A stretch of 64,000 nucleotides of DNA from NCBI GenBank assembly GCA_021806225.1, contig JAJZXW010000041.1, positions 21,355 through 85,354 of the forward strand, in the 5' to 3' direction. The translations under genes were made by a program, and so were the position numbers. Below, piece after piece: positions 53,818 to 62,938 of this stretch. This DNA comes from Nitrospirota bacterium (GTDB lineage: Bacteria; Nitrospirota; Leptospirillia; Leptospirillales; Leptospirillaceae). The first letter of the stretch is position 1, and each line of letters opens with the position of its first letter. The notes below the pieces were generated by a model, which had not been told where the DNA came from, made no database searches, and worked only from the letters and a program-made list of their open reading frames with translations.

Positions 53818-55701
53818 ATGAATTCCTCTCCCAAACCTTCCCTCTTCGTTCCCGATCCGGAGACCATCCGCCGGAGCCGGATTCCAGACTATGACGGATT
53901 CTACGCTGCTTCGGTGGCCGACCCCGCCTCCTTCTGGGGAAACGTCCTGAAAGACCTTCATTTCACGAAGGCACCCACGAAGATCCTGGACTGGAATCCG
54001 AAATCCTTCGAGGCCCGGTGGCTGGTGGGAGCGGAAGGAAACATCTGCGAGAATGCCCTCGACCGGCATGTCCGGGACGGATTCGCGAACAAGGTCGCGC
54101 TCATCTGGGCGGGAGACCGGGGAGAGGAAGATATCTTCACCTACGGGCGCCTTCTCGACCAAACCGTACGCTTCGCCCGCATTCTCCAGAGACTCGGGGT
54201 GGGGAAGGGAGACCGGGTCACGCTCTTTCTCCCGCCGACTCCGGCGCAGGTCATCGCCATGCTGGCCTGCGCCCGGCTCGGGGCCATCCACTCGGTCGTC
54301 TTCTCGGGATTTTCCCAGGCCGCCCTCCGGAGCCGACTCGAGGATTTCGAACCCAAGGTCCTCGTAACCGCCGACTGCGGCTACCGGCGCGGCAAGCGCA
54401 TCCCTCTCCTCGAGACAGCCCGCGCCGCCCGGAAGGGACTGTCCTCGATCGCCGCGACCCTCGTCGTTCCAAGGGACGCGTCTCCTGAATCCCTGGAATC
54501 CGGAGAGCGCGCCCTTCCGGACCTCATGGAGGAGGTCCGCTTCGACGGACCCCTCTCCCCCGTCCCTGTCTCCTGCGACGATCCCCTCTTCGTTCTCTAC
54601 ACCTCGGGAACTACGGGAAAACCCAAGGGCGTGGTCCACGTGCAACTGGGGTACATGCTGGGAACCTACGCCACCACCCGCCACATCTTCGACCTTCGAG
54701 ATTCGGACGTTTACTTCTGCGTTGCCGACCCGGGCTGGATCACCGGCCACTCCTACATCGTCTACGGCCCCCTTCTGAACCGGGCCACCGTCCTCCTGTC
54801 GGAAGGGACTCCGGAGTATCCCGACGCGGGGCGCCACTGGTCCCTGATCGAACGCCACCGGGTCTCCATCTATTATTCGACCCCCACCACCATCCGGCTC
54901 CAGATGCGCTTCGGGGACTCCTGGCCCGCCAACCGCGACCTGTCGTCTCTCCGGATTCTCGGGTCGGTGGGGGAGCCCCTGAACCCCGAGGCCTGGCATT
55001 GGCTCCACCGCGTCACGGGCGGAAAACTTCCCATCATGGACACCTGGTGGCAGACGGAAACAGGCATGATCATGGTCAGCCCCCTCCCCTCGACCCCGGA
55101 AAAGCCGGGATCCGCGGGCCGCTCCTTTCCAGGAGTGGTGGCCGACGTTGTCGACGCCTCCGGAAAGAGCCTTCCTCCCGGAGAAACCGGCACAGTTGTC
55201 ATCCGGACCCCCTGGCCCTCCATGTTCCGGACCGTATTTCGCGATCCGGAGCGCTACCGGAAATACTGGACGGAGATTCCCGGAGCCTTTTTTTCAGGGG
55301 ATTCGGCCCGGCGCGACGAAGACGGGTTCTTCTTCTTCCTCGGCCGCGTGGACGATGTGATCAAGGTCGCCGGACATCGCCTTGGAACGGCCGAAATCGA
55401 AAGCGCCCTGATCACACACCCCAAGGTCGCCGAAGCGGCCGCCATCGGGAAGCCCGACGAACTCCGGGGAGAGATCATCAAGGTCTTCGTGGTTTTGCAT
55501 CCGCATGCCACCGATACCCCGCCCGCCCATGAGGAGATCAAGAAGCATGTCCGGACCGAACTGGGAGGAATTGCCGAACCCCATGAGGTGGACATCGTCA
55601 TCTCCCTTCCAAAGACCCGGAGCGGGAAGATCATGCGCCGGGTCCTGAAGGCCCGGGAGATGGGCTTGCCCGAAGGCGACCTCTCGACCCTGGAGGATTA
55701 G
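53818..55701 (+). CDS. acs: Acetyl-CoA synthetase (AMP-forming acetate--CoA ligase)
   Basis: 627 aa with motifs YTSGTTGKPKGV, WWQTETG, GRVDDVIKVAGHRLGTAEIE and PKTRSGKIMRR. Confidence 0.92.
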   Translation: MNSSPKPSLFVPDPETIRRSRIPDYDGFYAASVADPASFWGNVLKDLHFTKAPTKILDWNPKSFEARWLVGAEGNICENALDRHVRDGFANKVALIWAGDRGEEDIFTYGRLLDQTVRFARILQRLGVGKGDRVTLFLPPTPAQVIAMLACARLGAIHSVVFSGFSQAALRSRLEDFEPKVLVTADCGYRRGKRIPLLETARAARKGLSSIAATLVVPRDASPESLESGERALPDLMEEVRFDGPLSPVPVSCDDPLFVLYTSGTTGKPKGVVHVQLGYMLGTYATTRHIFDLRDSDVYFCVADPGWITGHSYIVYGPLLNRATVLLSEGTPEYPDAGRHWSLIERHRVSIYYSTPTTIRLQMRFGDSWPANRDLSSLRILGSVGEPLNPEAWHWLHRVTGGKLPIMDTWWQTETGMIMVSPLPSTPEKPGSAGRSFPGVVADVVDASGKSLPPGETGTVVIRTPWPSMFRTVFRDPERYRKYWTEIPGAFFSGDSARRDEDGFFFFLGRVDDVIKVAGHRLGTAEIESALITHPKVAEAAAIGKPDELRGEIIKVFVVLHPHATDTPPAHEEIKKHVRTELGGIAEPHEVDIVISLPKTRSGKIMRRVLKAREMGLPEGDLSTLED

Positions 55702-56109
55702 ATGGGAACCCCCTCTCCGCTTGTCGGCCGCCTCTTGCATGTTCGCATGCGCGTCAACGACCTCGAACGCACCGTGGCCTTTTACCGGGACATCCTGGGA
55801 CTTACGGAAACACGCCGCATCGTTTCCCCCCGGGGATCGAAAATCGCCTACCTGAAGGTCTCCGGATCCGAGACGGAACTTGAAGTTACGGAATACAAGG
55901 CATCGGGAACGGTTGTCGTACCTCCGGATCTCGTCCATCTGGCCTTTCGCGTGGAGAACATGGATCGGACCCTTGAGCGGCTCCGGGATCTCTCCGTGCC
56001 GGTAACCGACGGCCCGACGGAGACCGAAAGCAGTGTCTTTGCTTTCATCGACGCGCCGGAAGGCTATGAAATCGAACTGATCGCCCCACGATCGCCCGCT
56101 GGGCGCTGA
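55702..56109 (+). CDS. VOC-superfamily protein (glyoxalase I / methylmalonyl-CoA epimerase-like)
   Basis: 135 aa (LLHVRMRVNDLERTVAFYRDILGL...HLAFRVENMD...GYEIELI). Its ATG directly abuts the acs stop. Confidence 0.75.
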   Translation: MGTPSPLVGRLLHVRMRVNDLERTVAFYRDILGLTETRRIVSPRGSKIAYLKVSGSETELEVTEYKASGTVVVPPDLVHLAFRVENMDRTLERLRDLSVPVTDGPTETESSVFAFIDAPEGYEIELIAPRSPAGR

Positions 56110-56317
56110 CGCTCCTCCCGCCTCTTGGTCCGGTATGGCCGGAATCAGGATCGAATCCGTCCCGCTCTTTTAAGCTGCCAAGGGTCCGGGAACGGAAGCC
56201 CCCCCGCGAGGACGACCCGGAAAATAAAGGATTCCTCCCGAACTCTCCCGGGAGTCCTGACGGCTCCGGGGCCGTCCGATGCCCTCACGCATCCTACCGG
56301 GAAGACTCGCTTTTCCT

Positions 56318-58033
56318 TCAGGGTTCGGGAACCATCCGGATATGGCCCGAAGGACATTCCCGGGCGCAGAGTCCGCATCCCTTGCAATAGTCGTAGTCAA
56401 ACACATAGGGAACGGGAAGGTCGGACCTTCCTCCGGTCTTGAGCACAGCCCCATCCGGACACAGGGTCCAGCAATTGTCGCATTCAAGACAGTGGCCGCA
56501 AGAAAAACACCGGTCCGCCTCCTGCCGGAGAAGGGGGAGGGGTCCGGTTGTCTCGATTTCGGAAAATCCGTCGCGGGCCTCCGGGGGGGCTTCCTGGAGG
56601 GCAAAGGCGGGACGCCGCTCGAAATAGACCCTGTTGAGGGAGGAATAAGGAATGGGGGTCGGAGGCGTCTTCGGGGAAAGCTCCTTCTTCCGGAGCAGGG
56701 CATCGATCATTCGCGCCCCATGATGGCCGCTCCCCACGGCGTGCGAGACGATTCCCCCGCCCGGACAGGCATCTCCTCCGGCAAAGATCCGGGTTTCCCC
56801 CTCGACCTGACCGGTCGCCAGAACAGGAAGAACGGTCCGGTTTCGCAGGAGGCGGGCGATCCCGGCGGGATCGACCTCCTGGCCCACCGCCGGAATGACA
56901 GCGTCGGCCTCGAGAACTGTCTCCGTTCCCTCAAAAGCCCGGTGCACGGGAGTTTGCCCCTCAATCTCCTTGAGAGCATGCACCAGTTCGACCCCGACGA
57001 CCCGTTCCTCCCGGAGAATCAGCCTCCCGATGCGCCGCCCGGGATGAATCCGGACCCCCTCCTCGAGGGCCATCCCCACCTCCCGGGAAATGGCCGGCAT
57101 GACTCCCCGCCCGGGTTGGGAAGGAGCTCCGGGAAGCTCCTCGTCTGTCACCACGTGAACCTCGCGGGTACCGGTCCGAAGGAGGGAGCGGGCCAGATCG
57201 ATGGCGGTGTTCCCGCCTCCCACCACGATGGCCCGCTCCCACCGGGGAAGGGTTCCGACGTTTCTCCATTCCCACAGGAGATCGAGCCCGTGGTGAAGAT
57301 CCCCCGGAAGGGCGTGGTCGACGGAATAGCTCCGGTTCTTCTGGCGGCCCGGAGCCAGAAACACCGCCGAGAATCCCTCCTCCAGGTCCTCGAGGGAGAG
57401 ATCCCGCCCCAGCTTCGTTCCTGGCCGGAAATCGATCCCCACCGCCAGAACCCGTTCGACCTCCCGGGAAAGGACCTCGCCGGGAAGACGGTAGTCGGGT
57501 ATGACCCGGCAGTTCCCCCCCGCCTCGGGCAGGGCATCGAACAGGGTGACCCGGTACCCGAACCGCCGCAGGTGGTAGGCGCAGGAGAGGCCGGCAGGAC
57601 CGGCTCCGACCACCGCCACGGCTTCGTCCCTTTTTTCGCCGTCGAACCCCGGGTATGACCATCCCTCCCGAAGGGCCATGTCCCCCAGGAAGCGCTCGAC
57701 CGAATGGATCGAGACCGCCGCGTCAAAGGCGCCCCGATGGCAGGAGGATTCGCAGGGATGCGGACAGACCCGGCCTGTCACCGCCGGGATCGGGTTCGCG
57801 GCCACCAGGGACTCCCAGGCTTCCCGGGGACGGTCCATGGCAAGATGGTCGAGGTAGACGGGAATCTCTTCGTGGGCCGGGCAAGCCCCATGGCAGGGAG
57901 AGGCGGAGGTCTCGTACAGGGGACGCTCCAGCCTCCAGCTTCCCGTGTGATTCGACCGCGTGGTCCCGGGAAAGGCAAAGCCTCCCGGCGTAACCCGGGG
58001 AGGGGAGGGTGGACCGTCTCGCTCTATCCCCAT
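56318..58033 (-). CDS. GltD-like NAD(P)H/FAD oxidoreductase fused to a C-terminal 2x[4Fe-4S] ferredoxin (PorD-like) module
   Basis: Start reset to Met 58033 (MGIERDG...). The N-terminal Fe-S region reads GACPAHEEIP...GRVCPHPCESSCHRG. The dinucleotide fold includes VAVVGAGPAGLSCAY and VVGGGNTAIDLA. The C-terminus carries CFSCGHCLECDNCWTLCP and CKGCGLCARECP. Confidence 0.8.
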   Translation of the reverse strand: MGIERDGPPSPPRVTPGGFAFPGTTRSNHTGSWRLERPLYETSASPCHGACPAHEEIPVYLDHLAMDRPREAWESLVAANPIPAVTGRVCPHPCESSCHRGAFDAAVSIHSVERFLGDMALREGWSYPGFDGEKRDEAVAVVGAGPAGLSCAYHLRRFGYRVTLFDALPEAGGNCRVIPDYRLPGEVLSREVERVLAVGIDFRPGTKLGRDLSLEDLEEGFSAVFLAPGRQKNRSYSVDHALPGDLHHGLDLLWEWRNVGTLPRWERAIVVGGGNTAIDLARSLLRTGTREVHVVTDEELPGAPSQPGRGVMPAISREVGMALEEGVRIHPGRRIGRLILREERVVGVELVHALKEIEGQTPVHRAFEGTETVLEADAVIPAVGQEVDPAGIARLLRNRTVLPVLATGQVEGETRIFAGGDACPGGGIVSHAVGSGHHGARMIDALLRKKELSPKTPPTPIPYSSLNRVYFERRPAFALQEAPPEARDGFSEIETTGPLPLLRQEADRCFSCGHCLECDNCWTLCPDGAVLKTGGRSDLPVPYVFDYDYCKGCGLCARECPSGHIRMVPEP

Positions 58034-59028
58034 CGGGATCCCCCACGGCGGACGGTGTCGGCCCCCTCGGAGTCGCGGGGTCCGGGAGCCTCGGCCCGCA
58101 GGCCGTAGCGTTCGATGTTGGCGTCGGCCAGGGCCTGAAGGTGCTCGCGCTCCTCCCGGGCCTCCGGACTGTCCCCCAGGAGGTGCTGGAACCGGATCTG
58201 GAGCTCGAGGTATTCCCGGACCGGGCGGGGGTTCCGGATCTTCATGGTTTCGACGACATGTCCCCGCTCCATCTCGAGGACGGGAAAAAGTCCGGTCTCC
58301 ACCGCCAGCCGGTCCACCGCGACCGTGAGCGCGCTGTCGTGGCCCCACCCCAGAGGGCAAGGAGAGTGGACCAGGAGAAAGGAGGGACCTTCGATGTCTA
58401 GCCCCCGGCGGACCTTGGTCCTGAGATCGGACGGGTAGGCCACCGAGGCGGTGGCTGCGTAGGGAATGCCGTGGGCCGCGATGATGGCCAGGAGATCCTT
58501 CTTGAAATGACGTTTTCCCTGACGGACCTTTCCGGCGGGAGAGGTGTTGGTCCAGGCGCCGTGAGGGGTCGATCCCGAGCGCTGGATCCCGGTGTTCATG
58601 TAGGCCTCGTTGTCGAAGCAGACGAACAGGACATCGTGATTCCGCTCGAGCATCCCGGAGAGGGCCTGGAAGCCGATATCAAATGTCCCTCCATCACCTG
58701 CAAAGGCCAGGACGCGCGTTTTACGACCCTGGGCCCGAAGGGCCACCTCGATTCCGGCGGCGACCGCGGCGGCATTTTCGAACAGCGAGTGGATCCAGGG
58801 CACAGTCCAGGCCGACTGGGGCCAGGGCGTCGTAAAGATCTCGAGGCATCCGGTGGCATTGGCCACGATGACGTCGGGTCCGGCAGCCTCGAGGACAAGT
58901 CGCGTGGCGAGGGCCTGGCCGCATCCCTGGCAGGCCCCGTGGCCGGATTCCATCCCTGAGAATCGCGGCTGGCTGTTGCGAAGCGCCGCCCAGTCGACGG
59001 AGGGAGAAGGAGGCTCGGAAGAGGTCAT
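58024..59028 (-). CDS. porB: 2-oxoacid:ferredoxin oxidoreductase beta (TPP-binding) subunit
   Basis: Start reset to Met 59028 after GAGGAG. Motifs are CQGCG, ATGCLEIFTT, and GDGGTFDIGFQAL...NEAYMNTG (TPP/Mg site). Confidence 0.88.
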   Translation of the reverse strand: MTSSEPPSPSVDWAALRNSQPRFSGMESGHGACQGCGQALATRLVLEAAGPDVIVANATGCLEIFTTPWPQSAWTVPWIHSLFENAAAVAAGIEVALRAQGRKTRVLAFAGDGGTFDIGFQALSGMLERNHDVLFVCFDNEAYMNTGIQRSGSTPHGAWTNTSPAGKVRQGKRHFKKDLLAIIAAHGIPYAATASVAYPSDLRTKVRRGLDIEGPSFLLVHSPCPLGWGHDSALTVAVDRLAVETGLFPVLEMERGHVVETMKIRNPRPVREYLELQIRFQHLLGDSPEAREEREHLQALADANIERYGLRAEAPGPRDSEGADTVRRGGSRWG

Positions 59029-59038
59029 GCATGACTCC

Positions 59039-60247
59039 TCAACGTGGTGAAAAAAGGGATCCGGACGGAGCCGACGCATCGGGCCCGGGGTCGGGAAGCT
59101 TCCGGGGATCGAGATCAAAGAAGGAAAAGGCCGGAGGATTTTTCTCGAGCGAGTCCAGCATCTCCCGGAAGATCCCGTCCGGAACATTTCGGCCTCCGAG
59201 CCCCACCACGACGTTCGCGACCCGTGGCGCTCCCGGCACGCCGTAAAGGGCCGAGCGGATCTCGTGGGCCACGATTCCCCCCGATCCCGGAGACAGGGCC
59301 CGGTCGAGGACGAGCAGGTCGGCAAGCCCCGTGCAGGCCCTCCGAATCGCCTCGGCCGGGAAGGGCCGGAAGGAGCGGAGGCGGAGAAGGCGGACATGCC
59401 GCCCCAGCAGTCCGGCCTGATGGGCATCCTTGAGGGTCCCGTAAACGGATCCCATGGCGAGGATCCCGACCGGTGCCTCCCGGTCTCCTTCCACATGAAG
59501 AAGCCCCCCGCATTCGCGTCCCACGAGGTGACCCCAGTCCCGGTCGGTCTCCAGAATTTCCCGCTCCGCGGCATCGAAGGCCCGATGCTGGAGATAGCGC
59601 ATCTCCGTGAAAAATTCGGGGGAGACCAGGGTCCCCTGGGAGAGGGGGGCCACGGACGAAAGGGTGCGGGAGAAGTGGAACGGAGGGAGAAAGGCGTCGA
59701 CCTGGGCCGCCTCCGGAAGATCGATCGGTTCAAGGGTGTGGGTGAGGGTGAAACCGTCCATGCAAACCATCACGGGCAGTTCGGTGCGCTCCGAGATCCG
59801 GAAGGCCTGGATCGTGGTATCCACCGCCTCCTGGTTGTCGGCGCAGTATAACTGGATCCACCCCGAATCCCGGACCGCCATGGAGTCCTGGTGGTCGTTC
59901 CAGATGGAGACCGGGGAAGACACCGCGCGATTTGCGCAGGTCAGGACGACAGGAATCCGGAGCCCTGAAATGTTGTAGAGAACCTCGCTCATGAGAAGAA
60001 TGCCCTGGGAAGCGCTGGCGGTGTAGGAGCGGGACCCGGCGGCCGCGGCCCCCAGAACGACCGAAGCGGCCGAAAACTCGCTTTCGACGCTCACGAGTTC
60101 CGCCGCAAGGAGGCCGTCCGCGATCAGGCGGGCCAGTCCTTCCACAATGTGGGTCTGGGGTGTGATCGGGTAGGCCGCCACGACCTGGGGACGGCAGAGT
60201 GCGACCGCCCGGGCGATTGCCTGGGAGCCCTCGAGGGCCTCACGCAT
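59039..60247 (-). CDS. porA: 2-oxoacid:ferredoxin oxidoreductase alpha subunit
   Basis: 402 aa (MREALEGSQAIARAVALCRPQVVAAYPITPQTHIVE...SASQGILLMSE). Confidence 0.88.
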   Translation of the reverse strand: MREALEGSQAIARAVALCRPQVVAAYPITPQTHIVEGLARLIADGLLAAELVSVESEFSAASVVLGAAAAGSRSYTASASQGILLMSEVLYNISGLRIPVVLTCANRAVSSPVSIWNDHQDSMAVRDSGWIQLYCADNQEAVDTTIQAFRISERTELPVMVCMDGFTLTHTLEPIDLPEAAQVDAFLPPFHFSRTLSSVAPLSQGTLVSPEFFTEMRYLQHRAFDAAEREILETDRDWGHLVGRECGGLLHVEGDREAPVGILAMGSVYGTLKDAHQAGLLGRHVRLLRLRSFRPFPAEAIRRACTGLADLLVLDRALSPGSGGIVAHEIRSALYGVPGAPRVANVVVGLGGRNVPDGIFREMLDSLEKNPPAFSFFDLDPRKLPDPGPDASAPSGSLFSPR

Positions 60248-60833
60248 TGACTGTCTCCTTCCAGAGCCCCGCCTCGACCAAGGAGCCTCCGGCCTTCACC
60301 AGAGAGAGATTTTTCTGGAGAACATCTCCGGAAAAGCGTCCCGAAAGGGCCTGAACGAGGCTGTCTGCAGAGAGGATTCCGGTGAGGGAAAGAAAGGCCG
60401 ACAAGAGGGGAGCGTTGGGAATCGGACGGCCCATGAGCTCCATCGCCAGGCGCGTGGCGGGGATGGAGGCGATCCGGACGGACGGATCGATCGAAAACCC
60501 TTCTTCACCCAGCCGGCTTCTGATCGTGTCTGCCGAGTCGGGAGAGTTGACGAGAATGGCTCCCTCCCGGACGAGACCTGTCACGGTCTCCGCAATCCGG
60601 AGCAACCCATGATCCTGAAGGATGAGATACCGGGGTGCGGTCACCTGCGAGCGCCGGAGGATCGGAGTGGACTCGATGCGGACGAAGGCCGCGATCGGGG
60701 CTCCCCGCCTTTCGGCCCCGAAGCTCGGGAAGGCCTGGGAATACTTCCCTTCTAAGAAGGCGGCCGTCGCCAGAAGATAGGCTGCAAGAACGTTTCCCTG
60801 TCCGCCCCGTCCATGGATCCGGATTTCGACCAT
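60240..60833 (-). CDS. porG: 2-oxoacid:ferredoxin oxidoreductase gamma subunit
   Basis: Start reset to Met 60833 (MVEIRIHGRGGQGNVLAAYLLA...FPSFGAERRGAP). It overlaps porA by 8 nt. Confidence 0.85.
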   Translation of the reverse strand: MVEIRIHGRGGQGNVLAAYLLATAAFLEGKYSQAFPSFGAERRGAPIAAFVRIESTPILRRSQVTAPRYLILQDHGLLRIAETVTGLVREGAILVNSPDSADTIRSRLGEEGFSIDPSVRIASIPATRLAMELMGRPIPNAPLLSAFLSLTGILSADSLVQALSGRFSGDVLQKNLSLVKAGGSLVEAGLWKETVNA

Positions 60834-60914
60834 CGTTCCCCTCTTTCCTTCCCGGAAATCCGAAAACCGTCGAGTCCGGCCCAGATACGAGAGACGGCAT
60901 CGCATTCCTTTTTC

Positions 60915-60942
60915 AAAATATCACTCGCAATACTGTTTGCAA
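60915..60942 (-). promoter_or_regulatory. Candidate promoter for the porGAB operon in the divergent intergenic region
   Basis: On the minus strand: TTGCAA (60942-60937, part of palindrome TTTGCAAA), a 16-nt spacer, then TATTTT (60920-60915). This is a sequence pattern only. Confidence 0.25.
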
Positions 60943-61000
60943 AGGAGGGTGTGGTATTCTTTGGGGGCTGGGAAGACCACCCAGGGACGGGAGCAGGCCC

Positions 61001-62116
61001 ATGACGGACGAATCCGGGAGATTTCTTGAAAGGGAGCGCTTTTCCGTTCTCTTCGACCTGCTGCGGGAGCGGGGGTACCATCTCGTCGGCCCCCGGATCC
61101 GGGACGGGGCGATCGTTTATGGAGAGCTCCCGGGCCCGGAGGATCTCCCGGTGGGAGTCCGTGACCTCCAGGGCCCGGGCTCCTACCGGCTCGCTCCAGG
61201 AGATTCCGGCCGCCATTTCGCATGGGCCAACGGACCTCAGGCCTTGAAGCCCCTCCTGTTCTCTCCGCGTGAGACCCTCTGGGACTCCCGACGCGAGGCT
61301 GACGGATCCCTCTCCTTTTCCACTCCCGACACCCCATCGCGCCCCCTGGCAGTCATCGGAGTCCGGGCCTGCGATCTCTCGGCCCTGGAACTGCAGGACC
61401 GGCATTTCGGCAAGGCTCCCTTCCCCGATCCGTTCTATGCCGCCCGGAGGCGGGATCTTTTTCTGGTCGCCGTCGACTGTTCCCACCCGGCCGAAACCTG
61501 CTTCTGCGCCTCGACAGGAGACGGGCCCGACGCTCGCTCGGGATTCGACCTGGCCCTGGGGGAGATTGACGAAGGATTCCTTGTCCGGCCCGGCTCGGTA
61601 AAGGGACGGGACCTGCTCCGGGATCTTCCCCTGTCATCATCCGACCCCGTCATGGAGGAGACCCTCAGCAATCAGACCGAACGGGCAAGAATCTTCCAGC
61701 AGCGCACCCTTCCCTCGCAAAACCTCCGGGGCGCCCTGGCTGGCCGCCCGGATCACCCCCACTGGAACAGCCTGGCCACCCGCTGCCTCTCCTGCGGGAA
61801 CTGCACCTCCGTCTGTCCGACCTGCTTCTGCTTTTCGGAGCATGAAGACCCGTCCCTCGACGGGCTTTCGAGCCAGCACGTCCGACAATGGGATTCCTGT
61901 TTCACCCCCGGCCACAGCTATATTCATCCGGCCCCCCTCAGGGGGGAGACACGGTTCCGGTACCGCCAATGGCTGACCCACAAACTCGACTATTGGCACG
62001 ATCAGTACGGACGCTCCGGATGCGTCGGATGCGGACGCTGCGTCAGCTGGTGCCCCGTCGGAATCGACTTCACGGCCGACCTCCCCATTCTTCTCGAGGA
62101 GCCCGATGGACGGTAA
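61001..62116 (+). CDS. Sulfhydrogenase beta-like (AsrA/HydB-type) 4Fe-4S subunit
   Basis: Start reset to Met 61001 (MTDESGRF...). Motifs are CLSCGNCTSVCPTCFC and CVGCGRCVSWCPVGI. It has the same layout as the anaerobic sulfite reductase A / hydrogenase beta subunit. Confidence 0.78.
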   Translation: MTDESGRFLERERFSVLFDLLRERGYHLVGPRIRDGAIVYGELPGPEDLPVGVRDLQGPGSYRLAPGDSGRHFAWANGPQALKPLLFSPRETLWDSRREADGSLSFSTPDTPSRPLAVIGVRACDLSALELQDRHFGKAPFPDPFYAARRRDLFLVAVDCSHPAETCFCASTGDGPDARSGFDLALGEIDEGFLVRPGSVKGRDLLRDLPLSSSDPVMEETLSNQTERARIFQQRTLPSQNLRGALAGRPDHPHWNSLATRCLSCGNCTSVCPTCFCFSEHEDPSLDGLSSQHVRQWDSCFTPGHSYIHPAPLRGETRFRYRQWLTHKLDYWHDQYGRSGCVGCGRCVSWCPVGIDFTADLPILLEEPDGR

Positions 62117-62936
62117 CCCGCATCTCCCCCGGCCGGCCGTCGTCCGAGACCGGATCGAGGAAACTCCGACGGTCATCACCTTGCGTCTCGAGCCCGAGGG
62201 TGGTCCCCCCATCCCCTTCCCCTTCAGGCCGGGACAGTTCAACATGGTAGGGGTCTTCGGCGTGGGAGAGGTTCCCCTGTCCATCGTCTCCGACCCTTCC
62301 GACACGGACTTCTTCGACCATACGGTCCGGATCGTCGGACGCGTCACCGAGGCGATGGCACGGCTGGTGCCGGGAGATCGCCTGACCATTCGGGGTCCCT
62401 TCGGAAACGGCTGGCCCATGGAGGAGGCGCGCGGACGCGACATTGTCCTGGTGTCGGGGGGCCTCGGATGCGCCCCGCTCGTCTCGGTGGTGAACTATGT
62501 GGCCCGGCGCCGGGAGGACTTCGGTTCCCTCACCGTTCTCCACGGGGTGAAGAATCCGGGGGACCTCTTCTGGAAGGAGCGACTTTCCCGGCTGAACGCG
62601 CTCGAAGGAACCCGCGTCTTCCTGTCGAGCGATGCGGGGGGTCCGGGATGGGAGGGAGCGGTCGGACCGGTGACCGACCTGATCGGGAACATTCCGCTCA
62701 CTCCCCGGACCACGGCCAAGATCTGCGGACCTGAGCCCATGATGCTGGCCACCGTGAAAAAACTTCTGGCCCAGGGCATTCCCGAAAGCGAGCTCTGGAT
62801 CAGCCTCGAGCGGAACATGCAGTGCGCCGCAGGATTCTGCGGCCACTGCCAATTGGGAGAGATGTTCGTCTGCCGCAGTGGACCGGTCTTCCGGTATGCC
62901 AAAATCAAGAACCGTCTGGGAATCCAGGGGCTCTGA
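62106..62936 (+). CDS. Sulfhydrogenase gamma-like FAD/NAD(P)-binding subunit with C-terminal 2Fe-2S site (AsrB/PyrK-like)
   Basis: 276 aa with motifs RPGQFNMV and LVSGGLGCAPL. The C-terminal cluster reads CAAGFCGHCQLGEMFVC. Confidence 0.82.
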   Translation: MDGNPHLPRPAVVRDRIEETPTVITLRLEPEGGPPIPFPFRPGQFNMVGVFGVGEVPLSIVSDPSDTDFFDHTVRIVGRVTEAMARLVPGDRLTIRGPFGNGWPMEEARGRDIVLVSGGLGCAPLVSVVNYVARRREDFGSLTVLHGVKNPGDLFWKERLSRLNALEGTRVFLSSDAGGPGWEGAVGPVTDLIGNIPLTPRTTAKICGPEPMMLATVKKLLAQGIPESELWISLERNMQCAAGFCGHCQLGEMFVCRSGPVFRYAKIKNRLGIQGL

Positions 62937-62938
62937 CG

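Noticed and set aside
53737-55008. 423-aa minus-strand ORF
   Set aside because: It is antisense to acs, which has unambiguous AMP-forming ligase motifs. This is a shadow ORF.
56279-57658. 459-aa plus-strand ORF
   Set aside because: It is antisense to the GltD-like/ferredoxin gene, is Pro/Gly/Arg-rich and has no motifs.
58034-58360. Long N-terminal extensions given by the ORF track. This one is an example; the others are 59029-59733, 45430-45621, 25144-25272, 49690-49854, 20008-20202, 26815-27027, 60834-60905, 60635-61000, 62822-62938 and 52755-53036.
   Set aside because: Each extension overlaps the well-supported upstream gene and is Arg/Pro-rich. Each is followed by an internal start with an RBS or start/stop coupling, where homology to the protein family begins.
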